Shown here in pieces: positions 30,568-39,525 of a DNA stretch of 64,000 nucleotides. This stretch comes from Thainema sp. (GTDB lineage Bacteria > Cyanobacteriota > Cyanobacteriia > Phormidesmidales > Phormidesmidaceae): assembly GCA_052168235.1 (NCBI GenBank), contig JBQLZK010000020.1:22036-86035 (forward strand), given 5' to 3'. Positions within the stretch are counted from its first letter, which is position 1, and the number at the start of each line of letters is the position of its first letter. The notes under the pieces are model-generated. The model was given only the letters and a program-made list of their open reading frames with translations. It had not been told where the DNA came from and did no database searches. A program made the translations under genes and the position numbers.

Positions 30568-32154
30568 TTATCGAGTCCACGATCGGCGAAAGCTAAACCA
30601 GGTTTCTCGTAGCTCTCGTCGCCAGTTGGCGTGGTCACGTCGCGCTTGCCACTGCTGTGCCAATTGCGACAAAAGCGAACCCCAGGTAAAGGGCAAGTTG
30701 GGGATCTGTGCCATCTGAGCAACCGTTATTCCCTGCCGCATAGCCAGCGCGATCGCAGTTACAGCCTCCTGTGCGTCAATGCCAATCACATGCAGTCCCA
30801 ACACGAATCCGCGCCGATGGGTAATGAGCTTCACCATGCCGATCGAGGGCTGCGATCGCACCTGTTCCCGCTCCGCTAAAGATTGGCAAAAGACCCAAAC
30901 GTCTTCTCCGTAGCGCTGGCGGGCCTGCTGTTCTGTTAAGCCAACGCGCACCAAGGCTGGACGAGTTGCGATCGCATAGGGAATACCCCAGTAGTTTACG
31001 GAATGGTTGGAGAAGAACAGCGCATTCCGCACCGCCAGTTCCGCTTCATACTGAGCGACATGGGGTAGCATATAGCCTCCCAACGCTGCCCCACAGGCAT
31101 AAATACGGCGATGGGTTGTGCGTAGCTGCGGACTCACCACCAGGCGATGATGGCGGCGTCGCAGCTTCATAATCGGCGCAATGCCACTAAAGTCCGGCCT
31201 TTGCCCTGCTGCCACGATTAGGATATCGGCTTGGAGAGTGGTGGCCGTGTCTAAGTTGGGCACGGTCTGAACCGCTTGAGTAGCCAAGAGATGGGTGGAT
31301 TCTGGCCTGTCATGAGCTGATTTATCAGCAGCCAATCCGCCAGTTGTCATTTGAGCTAGCCAATCGGGATGTAAGTTGACCTGCACCTGTGGCTGCTCTG
31401 TTTGAATAGGCTGGGCCGGTTGAATAGACTGAATAGCTGTCATTGGCATTATCTGAATGCCATCTGCTTCCAGCCACGCCTGATAAGCTTGGGCAATTTC
31501 CCGATCTTCCCGATGCAGGATGGGCAACTGTGAGGTCAATAGTGTGACTTGACTGCCTAAATTCACGAAAGCCTGTGCTAGTTCTAATCCGCTCGGATCA
31601 TCGCCCAGGATAATCACGGATTGGGGATGAGACTGCTGCATCAACTGAGGCAGCGTATCCAGCGTCAGATGGGGCACCGTGGCTAAACCGGGCACATCTG
31701 GAATGAATGCCTGTCCACCATCCGCAATTAAGTACGCCCGCGATCGCAAGACACGCCCCTGATCGGGTGAACGGAGAAGAGGAACGGGATCGTCACTTTG
31801 ACTAGCCTGAATGGCGGCAGGACTGTGGTTGACCAGCACCGAAAGGCGGGGCGATGGCACAAACTCCGGTACACCCGTGATGATGTCTACTCCGGTGGCG
31901 ATAAGGGAAGCGTGCGATCGCAACTCCATCAGCGAGTCAACGGTCGTGCGTAACTGCTGCTGCATCCAGTTATACTCTGGCGCTTGATGAAACCGCTGAC
32001 TGGCTGAGACGAACGCTGGTCGATACAGTTCTGCCTCAATCATTTGAACATGCGGCTCAATCAGCGCCACGCGTGCGTCTAGTGCAGCTGCCACCTGCGC
32101 GGCATGGCGTCCGGCCAAGGTGCCCCCTAAAATCACCAAGTCGTAGTCCACCAT
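30568..32154 (-). CDS. Pyridine nucleotide-disulfide oxidoreductase-like (MerA/LpdA-like) protein lacking the redox Cys pair
   Basis: YDLVILGG N-terminus, IYACG, VGLTEQQA and dimerisation domain; no CxxxxC. Confidence 0.75.
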   Translation of the reverse strand: MVDYDLVILGGTLAGRHAAQVAAALDARVALIEPHVQMIEAELYRPAFVSASQRFHQAPEYNWMQQQLRTTVDSLMELRSHASLIATGVDIITGVPEFVPSPRLSVLVNHSPAAIQASQSDDPVPLLRSPDQGRVLRSRAYLIADGGQAFIPDVPGLATVPHLTLDTLPQLMQQSHPQSVIILGDDPSGLELAQAFVNLGSQVTLLTSQLPILHREDREIAQAYQAWLEADGIQIMPMTAIQSIQPAQPIQTEQPQVQVNLHPDWLAQMTTGGLAADKSAHDRPESTHLLATQAVQTVPNLDTATTLQADILIVAAGQRPDFSGIAPIMKLRRRHHRLVVSPQLRTTHRRIYACGAALGGYMLPHVAQYEAELAVRNALFFSNHSVNYWGIPYAIATRPALVRVGLTEQQARQRYGEDVWVFCQSLAEREQVRSQPSIGMVKLITHRRGFVLGLHVIGIDAQEAVTAIALAMRQGITVAQMAQIPNLPFTWGSLLSQLAQQWQARRDHANWRRELRETWFSFRRSWTR

Positions 32155-32163
32155 GCTGGTTGC

Positions 32164-33591
32164 TTATGACTCCCCTGAATGATTGTTATCTTGGTTCGAC
32201 AGATTGGCTTGACTATTATGCAGCGTTTCGTTGAGTCCTGGCGGTGCATTGCGGAAAAGCAGCGTATAAATTTCGGTTGGCATATCTACCTCTGCTCGCT
32301 GCAACGCTTCTTTTACGGCTTGGGCAACTGCCGATGTTGTTCCTAAAAATTCACCCCGACGCGAATCAACCCAGAAGCGAATCTCTAAATTGACGGTACT
32401 AGCCGCTAGTTCTTGCACCAGCACTTCAATTGGGCTGTTGGGCGTGCGACCACTAACGCTCCGTACCGCCTGTTCAATGACGCGCTTCGCAGTTGAAATA
32501 TCAGCATCGTAATCAATACCAACCGTGATGGCACTGCGGCGCTGGGTTGAAGCCGTGTTGTTAATGATGCTAGCCTGAAACACTTCCTGATTTGGGATAT
32601 AAACCAAGCGGCCATCGTAGGTTTGCATGGTGGTGGCCCGCAGTTGAATCTGAGTAATCGTGCCTTCATAATCTTTAATCACCACCTGATCCCCTAATCG
32701 AAATGGCCGCGCTGCTAGCAAAATGACGCCCGAGATATAGTTACTCAATACATCTTTGAGACTAAAACCAATGGCAACGCTGGTCAGTCCCAATGCTCCC
32801 AGAAGCGCTCCAAGATTCAATCCGAGTAAACCGAGGGCAATGACGGAACCAACGACCCAAACCGCACCATACCCCAGTCGGCCAATCAGTACCTCGGTAC
32901 TGTGATCCCCCTCGGTCTTTTGCGCCCAAGTGAAAGCACCATAGCGAACAATACTGGCGACGATCCAAGTCAAGAGCACAACAATCAGTGCTCCAATTAA
33001 GGCGGGCAAGCGGTCGATTGTATCTTGTAAGAGCGATCGCAATGTTGTCTGCAGCCGTTGAGCCACGTCAATTGCTAAGGGTGGCCGATCAAAGGCTTCG
33101 GTTAGCTGTTCGGCCCATCGCTGCGCCAGTTCCTCAACCGAAACGCCAAAATCCTCTGCATCCTGCTGCGTTACCGTCATAATCACTCGATTACGCAGCC
33201 GCAGGGTGGCCGTCTGCCCATTTGCCTGCAACTGCACCTCTACAGCCCCTGGATTCTCAGATTGCGCCAGAATGCTGGCGATTCGTCGGTTAATAATTTC
33301 CGTGCGAGCTTGAGCGTCAATCGTCGCTAATCCCCCCAATTGAAATAAGGGGCGTCCTCGTACCTCCACATCGGCAAAGTAAACCCCCTCTCTGGATTCA
33401 CCCTCTGCTGGGGCTGATCCCGCTGGAGCCGTTAAGGCGGGCGCTAATGCATCACCACCTGTGGCTGGGGCAGCATCTTGAGCGATGACGTTTGGGGATA
33501 TAACGCAGAGTAGGGCTGATAAAACTGCGATCGCACAATAGAATTTCAGCGAAGCAAAATGGGAAACGAAATGTCGGTGAGCCAGAAACAC
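32164..33591 (-). CDS. MscS family mechanosensitive channel with a periplasmic N-terminal domain
   Basis: GLTSVAIGFSLKDVLSNYISG, PFRLGDQV, VYIPN. Confidence 0.9.
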   Translation of the reverse strand: MFLAHRHFVSHFASLKFYCAIAVLSALLCVISPNVIAQDAAPATGGDALAPALTAPAGSAPAEGESREGVYFADVEVRGRPLFQLGGLATIDAQARTEIINRRIASILAQSENPGAVEVQLQANGQTATLRLRNRVIMTVTQQDAEDFGVSVEELAQRWAEQLTEAFDRPPLAIDVAQRLQTTLRSLLQDTIDRLPALIGALIVVLLTWIVASIVRYGAFTWAQKTEGDHSTEVLIGRLGYGAVWVVGSVIALGLLGLNLGALLGALGLTSVAIGFSLKDVLSNYISGVILLAARPFRLGDQVVIKDYEGTITQIQLRATTMQTYDGRLVYIPNQEVFQASIINNTASTQRRSAITVGIDYDADISTAKRVIEQAVRSVSGRTPNSPIEVLVQELAASTVNLEIRFWVDSRRGEFLGTTSAVAQAVKEALQRAEVDMPTEIYTLLFRNAPPGLNETLHNSQANLSNQDNNHSGES

Positions 33592-34055
33592 CTTTTATGA
33601 CTTGAGTGACAACAAAATCGGTTCTTAAATTTAATCAGATTATTGGAAAGATAAACAACTAAAATAAGCGACTAAAATCAAATTCTAGCGCAGAAAAAAC
33701 CAGCTCAACTGCAAATTTGAGCACTAACTACAACAGCATTTTGCCTCAAAAGTGCGATTAGCTTAAGCTAAAGTCAGAAAATAAAAATAGAAATTCATGC
33801 ACCTACTCAGTGCATGATTAAAAATGCTAATTTGTTGATGGCTTGGATGATAGAGTGCCTTGATGATTAAAAAATGATGAATCTCAGGACTATTCTTAAG
33901 CTGCAATTTCAAAGTTGCAATCAAAATAGTATTCGAAATTAGCTTTATCTTCTTGATCTTGATTTTCAAAAACATCCAGTGCCCAAGAGAAGATCTCTCA
34001 GGCACTGAACCGAAGATTGAAAGAAAAAGTCAATCAAGCGTAGCTAAATTAGCTT

Positions 34056-34232
34056 TTACTTATTTTTCATGTTTTCTTTTACATCTTCTTTAGCGTGTCG
34101 TGCAGAGGCTTCAGTCTGCTTGGCTTTACCTGCTGCTTTATCTTCTGGGTCGCCAGTTACTTTACCGACAGCCTCTTGTGCTTTACCTTCAACGTTTTTA
34201 GCGGTAGCTTTCATTCTTTCTTCATTAGACAT
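34056..34232 (-). CDS. csbD: CsbD family stress protein (58 aa, absent from the ORF track)
   Basis: Hand translation MSNEERMKATAKNVEGKAQEAVGKVTGDPEDKAAGKAKQTEASARHAKEDVKENMKNK; gagg RBS upstream. Confidence 0.88.
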   Translation of the reverse strand: MSNEERMKATAKNVEGKAQEAVGKVTGDPEDKAAGKAKQTEASARHAKEDVKENMKNK

Positions 34233-34632
34233 AATGAATTGCCTCTTTGATTTCTCTACTTCCTAGATTAGTTGCTATGTGTTGAGTGCAACATCCACCA
34301 TCTGATGGATCAGATTGGATACATAGTTAGAAACTCTGTTGATGGATGAAGGATTTGATTTCCAGTGAAAAGCTAAATCAGTATCGACTGGACTATTGCC
34401 CAGTCTGCTCTTATAAAGGTCAAGTAAGTACAATATTTTATTTGTTTTGGAAAGTTAAATTCGCAATAACAGCAGTAATACAATTCTGTTAAGCAGATCA
34501 TTGAATCAGCTAGCTCCCTTTGCCCCTGCATCAGCTCTAGATAATTCGAGATGCTAGTTTTCTGAGTTAGTGGAGCGACTAGTTTATTGACTTAACTTGA
34601 TTAAGTGAGGCATTAAATTTATGCTCTGGCAT

Positions 34633-34695
34633 AAGGTATAAGTTAATTTTTGGAAGCCGCGCTCAGCGCGGCTTCCAAAAATTAACTTATACCTT
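34633..34695. repeat. Perfect palindrome, 31-bp arms
   Basis: aaggtataagttaatttttggaagccgcgct-c-agcgcggcttccaaaaattaacttatacctt. Confidence 0.9.
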
Positions 34696-34874
34696 GATTA
34701 GCGCAAGAAGCGCTATAAGCAGATTCCGGATATTCTACAGACAGAGGCTGGCGACGTAATGATGGTGACGCTAATGATTCAGCGTAAATGTGGGAATGAG
34801 CAAATCAAAAGAATTGCGATCGCAGTATTATCCACGAAGTGCCAAAATTAGATTGCGTATGCGACACTGCTGTC

Positions 34875-35453
34875 ATGCTGTATGACGTTTCCACCATAGT
34901 GCAAGGATATGCTCAGGGCTACTTCCTAATGGCGGATGAGCAGGGCAAAAATCTCAGTTGGTACTCCAGCCGTCAGCGCACGCTCATTCCACTGGATCAT
35001 CGTTTCCGCTATCCCAAGTCCCTGCGCCGAGTTCTAAACCAAGATCGATTCAGTGTCGCCGTTAATCGGGACTACGAAGGGGTACTGGCTGGCTGTGCCA
35101 ATCGTGATACGACCTGGATCTCAGATGAACTTAAAGAAATTTATCGTGAGCTGTACCGCACGGGGTGGAGCTGCAGCTTTGAAACCTGGCAAGGAGATCA
35201 CCTGGCAGGTGGCATTTTGGGAATTGTGATCGGGGGAGCCTTCGTCGGTGAATCAATGTTTTACAACATTCCCGAAGGTTCTAAGGTGGCAATGGTTAAG
35301 TTGGTCGAACGATTGCGCGATCGCAACTTTCTCCTATTCGATGCTCAAATGATGAATCCTCATCTAGCGCGATTCGGAGCCTATGTTGTAGATGACAATG
35401 ACTACCAAGCACTGCTCAGCCGCGCCATTCGCCGCACCTGTCACTTAGATTAG
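34875..35453 (+). CDS. aat: Leucyl/phenylalanyl-tRNA--protein transferase
   Basis: GYFLMAD, TWIS, GGAFVGESMF, SKVAM, DAQMMNPHLARFGA. Confidence 0.92.
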   Translation: MLYDVSTIVQGYAQGYFLMADEQGKNLSWYSSRQRTLIPLDHRFRYPKSLRRVLNQDRFSVAVNRDYEGVLAGCANRDTTWISDELKEIYRELYRTGWSCSFETWQGDHLAGGILGIVIGGAFVGESMFYNIPEGSKVAMVKLVERLRDRNFLLFDAQMMNPHLARFGAYVVDDNDYQALLSRAIRRTCHLD

Positions 35454-35540
35454 ACTTTATTGGAAATAAAGTTTTTGGGGTCGGAAATTGTTTTGTAGCG
35501 CGGCGAAGCTGCGCTACAAAACAATTTCCGATAAAGTCTA
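35451..35540. mobile_element. 90-bp MITE-like element, family C, with 17-bp terminal inverted repeats and an internal hairpin
   Basis: tagactttattggaaat ... atttccgataaagtcta; internal 24-bp stem with a GCGAAGC tip (35481-35531). Confidence 0.65.
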
Positions 35541-35565
35541 TTGAAAACCAGATTAAAACAAAAAT

Positions 35566-35620
35566 AAAAACTGAATGTGCGGCAGGCTCACGCCGTGAGC
35601 CTGCCGCACATTCAGTTTTT
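35566..35620. repeat. Perfect palindrome, 27-bp arms; possible bidirectional terminator for aat/ftsX
   Basis: aaaaactgaatgtgcggcaggctcacg-c-cgtgagcctgccgcacattcagttttt. Confidence 0.85.
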
Positions 35621-35628
35621 GTAAAGAT

Positions 35629-36531
35629 TTAGCGGAGTGAAAATCGGCGAACGGCAAACAGGCTGCCGATCAAGCCGACGAAGCTGCCCAAGCCCAAAAG
35701 CGAAATTGGTAAGAGAATCATATGCTCCGGCTGTGTTTGTAGACCGTTTGCTAAAAATCTGACGAAATCGGGCTGATCCGTCAAAATTTGATTGATGATT
35801 CGCTGTATACCCAAGATCAAGCCCCAGGAAAGGGCTGCACCCACGATACCAAACGTAATCCCTTGCAGGATAAACGGTAAATAAATCCAGCTATTGGTTG
35901 CTCCAACCAGCTGCATCACCTCAATTTCGCGCCGCCGCGCCATCACGATCAGACGAATCGTGGTGGTAATAACTGCGATCGCAGTACAGCTCAGCACCGT
36001 CGTCACGAGTAAGCTAACCAAACTTAGTCCTTCATTCAACTGACTAATCCGCTCAACGGCTTCTGATACGTAGAGGACTTCATCCACCCCTTGAATCTGG
36101 CGCAGTTTATCGGCCAGTGAAGGAACTTCCTCAGATGAACGGGCTTTCACCTTCAGCTCATCCACCAGCGGATTGCCGTTTAGGTGCTCCGTCACCCCTT
36201 CGATATCAGAGATGCCCATCTCGGCAACAAGCTGGTTCCAGGCCAGTTCTTTGGACACTGGCTCAATCGCAGTGGCTTCTGGAAACGTATCAATCATAGG
36301 CACAAGCGTATCGGCCTGCACACCGGATTCCAGATAAACCGAAACCTCTAACTGGCTACCAAATTGGTTTAGCAAGCCTTCCAGTTGCCAGGAGGTCTGT
36401 AAACTGGTGCCAAACAGAAACAGCAGTACTGTTGTGGTACTGATTGCTGCCCAGTTCATCCAGCCGCCGCGCTGTAGTCCTAAAAACGTTTCGCGCAGCA
36501 GGTAATCAAATTTGGTCAGCCACTTGAACAT
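35629..36531 (-). CDS. ftsX: FtsX-like permease
   Basis: NPLVDEL, IRLIVMARRREIEVMQLVGAT, PFILQG; four transmembrane segments. Confidence 0.88.
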   Translation of the reverse strand: MFKWLTKFDYLLRETFLGLQRGGWMNWAAISTTTVLLFLFGTSLQTSWQLEGLLNQFGSQLEVSVYLESGVQADTLVPMIDTFPEATAIEPVSKELAWNQLVAEMGISDIEGVTEHLNGNPLVDELKVKARSSEEVPSLADKLRQIQGVDEVLYVSEAVERISQLNEGLSLVSLLVTTVLSCTAIAVITTTIRLIVMARRREIEVMQLVGATNSWIYLPFILQGITFGIVGAALSWGLILGIQRIINQILTDQPDFVRFLANGLQTQPEHMILLPISLLGLGSFVGLIGSLFAVRRFSLR

Positions 36532-36708
36532 ACTTCAATCCTTCGTGAACCTGACATATGGTTATAGCGCTCTTTGAGGGGTCTGATACGTTCTGATTCG
36601 TAATTTTTCAGGTGTAGCTTACCGATCATGAAACCGAAAGCCAACTGAATCCAAGGATTGTTAACATAAGAATGAAGTCTGTCATTTGCCGTCATACCCG
36701 CTATTTCT

Positions 36709-37272
36709 ATGACATCTGTAGTCCAAGTCGAAAAAAAGAAGCTCAAGCAACCGCCATTAGAAATTCATCATTTAGGTGATCGCGTGCTGCGGCAGCCTGC
36801 CAAGCGCGTTTCAAAAATTGATGATGAACTGCGCACTTTGGTTCGGGACATGCTCCAAACCATGTACAGTGCCGATGGCATCGGTTTAGCTGCTCCCCAA
36901 GTTGGTGTGCAGAAACAGCTTATTGTCATCGATTGCGAGCCTGATGATCCGCTCAATCCGCCCCTAGTTCTCATCAATCCCAGCATCAAGAAATCTAGCC
37001 AAGAGCTTTGTACGGGCCAAGAAGGCTGCCTCAGCATTCCGGGCGTCTATCTTGACGTTGTTCGGCCTGAGACCATTGTTGTGTCTTACAAAGACGAAAA
37101 CGGTCGTCCCCAGAAAATTAAGGCCTCCGGTTTACTGGCTCGCGTGATTCAGCATGAAATGGATCACCTAACTGGCGTCATGTTCGTTGATCGGGTAGAT
37201 AATGAACTCGCTCTCACTCAAGAGCTAGACAAGTACGGCTTTTCTAAGAGCGACGTACAAAAGGTTCAGTAG
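36709..37272 (+). CDS. def: Peptide deformylase (paralog 2, typical cyanobacterial type)
   Basis: GIGLAAPQVG, EGCLS, QHEMDHL. Confidence 0.94.
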   Translation: MTSVVQVEKKKLKQPPLEIHHLGDRVLRQPAKRVSKIDDELRTLVRDMLQTMYSADGIGLAAPQVGVQKQLIVIDCEPDDPLNPPLVLINPSIKKSSQELCTGQEGCLSIPGVYLDVVRPETIVVSYKDENGRPQKIKASGLLARVIQHEMDHLTGVMFVDRVDNELALTQELDKYGFSKSDVQKVQ

Positions 37273-37324
37273 GTGTTCAGCGGGTTGCGACACTCTGGCA
37301 TGTATGAACAAGATGTATGACTAA

Positions 37325-37426
37325 TCTCAAGTCTGGTTGAAAATCCATCATTTATTTTTTGCGAAACGTTTGCTCCGCGAACGTTTCACAAAAAATAAGA
37401 TCGGCTTCTTATACGCAGACTTGATA
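37325..37426 (+). mobile_element. MITE-like family A, copy 2
   Basis: tctcaagtctggttgaaaatcc...ttatacgcagacttgata with an imperfect internal hairpin. Confidence 0.75.
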
Positions 37427-37590
37427 TAAACCTCAACAGGGTTAAGACGTGAGTTGAGTGTAGTCAAAATCTACGTCTTGATGATTAATCAAATCCTAGC
37501 CTTTCCTCAAGGTAAGGCTAGGATTTATGCTGTATTGTGTTCTGCGTTGAAATTTCGTTTAAATTTTCGTTTAGAGAGCGAGTATAAACC

Positions 37591-37788
37591 GTGACTCCAA
37601 AAAGTGGTGCGTTTTTAGGTCTGTCCTGCGTATCTGCGATCGCAGCAATTGGTTCCATTTTTGAACTCTCTTCCGGGATGCCAGATTTGGGCACTCCAGT
37701 CACCAGCGCTATCCTAGCGCTCAGCGTCCCGTTGGCCGTCTTTGCGTTTTATCTGGCAATCAAAGACGCGAAAGCCAATCAGCAATAG
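37591..37788 (+). CDS. Small two-transmembrane hypothetical protein
   Basis: 65-aa ORF with two hydrophobic segments, GTG start. Confidence 0.65.
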   Translation: MTPKSGAFLGLSCVSAIAAIGSIFELSSGMPDLGTPVTSAILALSVPLAVFAFYLAIKDAKANQQ

Positions 37789-37828
37789 TCAAGTTTCAAT
37801 TATTGGCCGCGTAAAGCCATTCCAGTGC

Positions 37829-38443
37829 ATGATTGCTGAGCCAGCCACCACATTGACCGATTATGCGATCGCAGTTGAGAGTCTGCTGTTTGCGCTGCTT
37901 TTGCTGCGCTTTGGTCGCGTTGAGGAGTTTTGGTCAGCCGCGTTTTGCAGCGTTAGTTTTGCGGCTGTCTGCGGTGGCACCTATCACGGCTTTCGGGAAA
38001 TGTTGCCTCCAGCTAGTTTGGACTATCTCTGGCGGGGAGTCGTGCTGGCCTTAGCGAGCGCCAGTTTTTGGACGGTTGTCGCTGCCGCTTGGAAAAGTGT
38101 CCCCGCTTGGCGATGGGGATTACTGGGCTTGGCAGCGCTGAAGCTGGTGGTGGCTCTGGCATTGAATCAAACAAAATCAGATTTTATTGTGAGTGTGATC
38201 GACTATCTCAGTGCATTAGCGATCGCACTTCTTCTATATTTCTGGCAATCTCGCAAACGCTATCTGGCCGGACTGGGTTGGATTATGTCTGGTATCACAA
38301 CGTCTGGCATTGCCGGGGCTGCCCTGATCGTTCCTTGGCCGCAGTGGATTCACTTCAGTGCTGAGGCTGGATATCATCTGATTCAAATGGTGGGCCTCTA
38401 TTTTCTCTATCAAGGGATTTGGCGGAACGCTCAGTATCGCTGA
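37829..38443 (+). CDS. Multi-pass membrane protein (DUF6962-like)
   Basis: EPATTLTDY, GGTYHG, YHLIQM; about six hydrophobic helices. Confidence 0.7.
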   Translation: MIAEPATTLTDYAIAVESLLFALLLLRFGRVEEFWSAAFCSVSFAAVCGGTYHGFREMLPPASLDYLWRGVVLALASASFWTVVAAAWKSVPAWRWGLLGLAALKLVVALALNQTKSDFIVSVIDYLSALAIALLLYFWQSRKRYLAGLGWIMSGITTSGIAGAALIVPWPQWIHFSAEAGYHLIQMVGLYFLYQGIWRNAQYR

Positions 38444-38720
38444 TTGTCCAAAATATTGTTCAAAATTCGGATGTATCAGTTTCCGCAACGTCCTACGATT
38501 TCACCCATTTTTCGAAGAAGATACATATAGTTTCAGATAGAACAGGTTTACGAAAAGCCGGCCTGATTCGCTGAAGTTACGCAAGCGCAGTCTAGTCCTC
38601 AATCATTTCAGACTCATCGTCTCAGGAACGAGGTTTGGGCTTCGGACAGTTAACCCCCGCTGAGTTTTGGGCATTGTCAATCAACCTGCCATCCGATGGC
38701 TGATTTTCGGCTGGCCATAA

Positions 38721-38822
38721 TATTAAGTCGGTGTATAAGACCCCAATTTATTTTTTGCGAAACCTTTGCAGAGCAAAGGTTTCGCAAAAAATAAATTATG
38801 GGTTCTCAACCAGACTTGAATA
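38721..38822 (-). mobile_element. MITE-like family A, copy 3 (reverse orientation)
   Basis: Reverse complement aligns to copies 1 and 2; perfect 25-bp-arm hairpin at 38745-38797. Confidence 0.75.
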
Positions 38823-38877
38823 TAAACTCTACTGCCCAATCTCCGCATTTTGAATAACAGAACAGAATTGGCTATCC

Positions 38878-39525
38878 ATGAAAATCAATGCACTGGCCCC
38901 CTCTTTAGTCGCTGCGGCTTTATTGCTCACCACGCTCAACGCCTGTGGTCAAGACTCCCAGCAGCCCCTCCCGTCTGATTCCTCTGTGACGGATTCCACC
39001 AATGCCGTGACTGCTCCCGTTTTGGATTGGCAGACGATTTTAGGAGATACCTCAGCTCCGGCCAACTGGCAGGTTGAACCCTGTGATGTCCCGACGATGC
39101 TTTGTGTGGAAGCCAATGGTGAACAGGTTGGTACCGTTGAGCGGTTTGTCACACCCGTGTCAGAACTGGACATACCGCTCAATGGCTCAGCCGATGTCCT
39201 GCTGCGGAGCTGGGTAGAGAATCACTATGAAACCATTCAGCAAGACCGCGAAACGGGTGATAACACCCTGACCTTTACAACGCAACCGCCTACGGATGTT
39301 TCAGTCGGTAGCCTGCCGGGATTGCGCTACGGCTTCACGACGACGCAGGCAGAAGGCACACTGTTCGATCGCACGTTGGGCTATGTCGCAACCGACGGTG
39401 AATTTTTCTATGTGTTCTCCACCAGCGTGATCAACGGCGATCCGACAGGCGGATTTTCGAGCGATGCTGCTCTGATCGAATTTGAACCTCACTTCGCTGC
39501 AATTGTTGAAGGTCTGAACCTATGA
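38878..39525 (+). CDS. Hypothetical lipoprotein
   Basis: Signal peptide with LNAC lipobox. Confidence 0.75.
   Translation: MKINALAPSLVAAALLLTTLNACGQDSQQPLPSDSSVTDSTNAVTAPVLDWQTILGDTSAPANWQVEPCDVPTMLCVEANGEQVGTVERFVTPVSELDIPLNGSADVLLRSWVENHYETIQQDRETGDNTLTFTTQPPTDVSVGSLPGLRYGFTTTQAEGTLFDRTLGYVATDGEFFYVFSTSVINGDPTGGFSSDAALIEFEPHFAAIVEGLNL

Noticed and set aside
23681..37272. Two peptide deformylase genes as a novelty
   Set aside because: Multiple def paralogs are common in cyanobacteria and both have normal motifs.
38540..38720. Possible riboswitch (c-di-AMP-like words tcgctgaa and cagttaaccc) upstream of the lipoprotein operon
   Set aside because: The core GGGGGA and GGGGTGAAT elements are missing; a covariance-model search would be needed.
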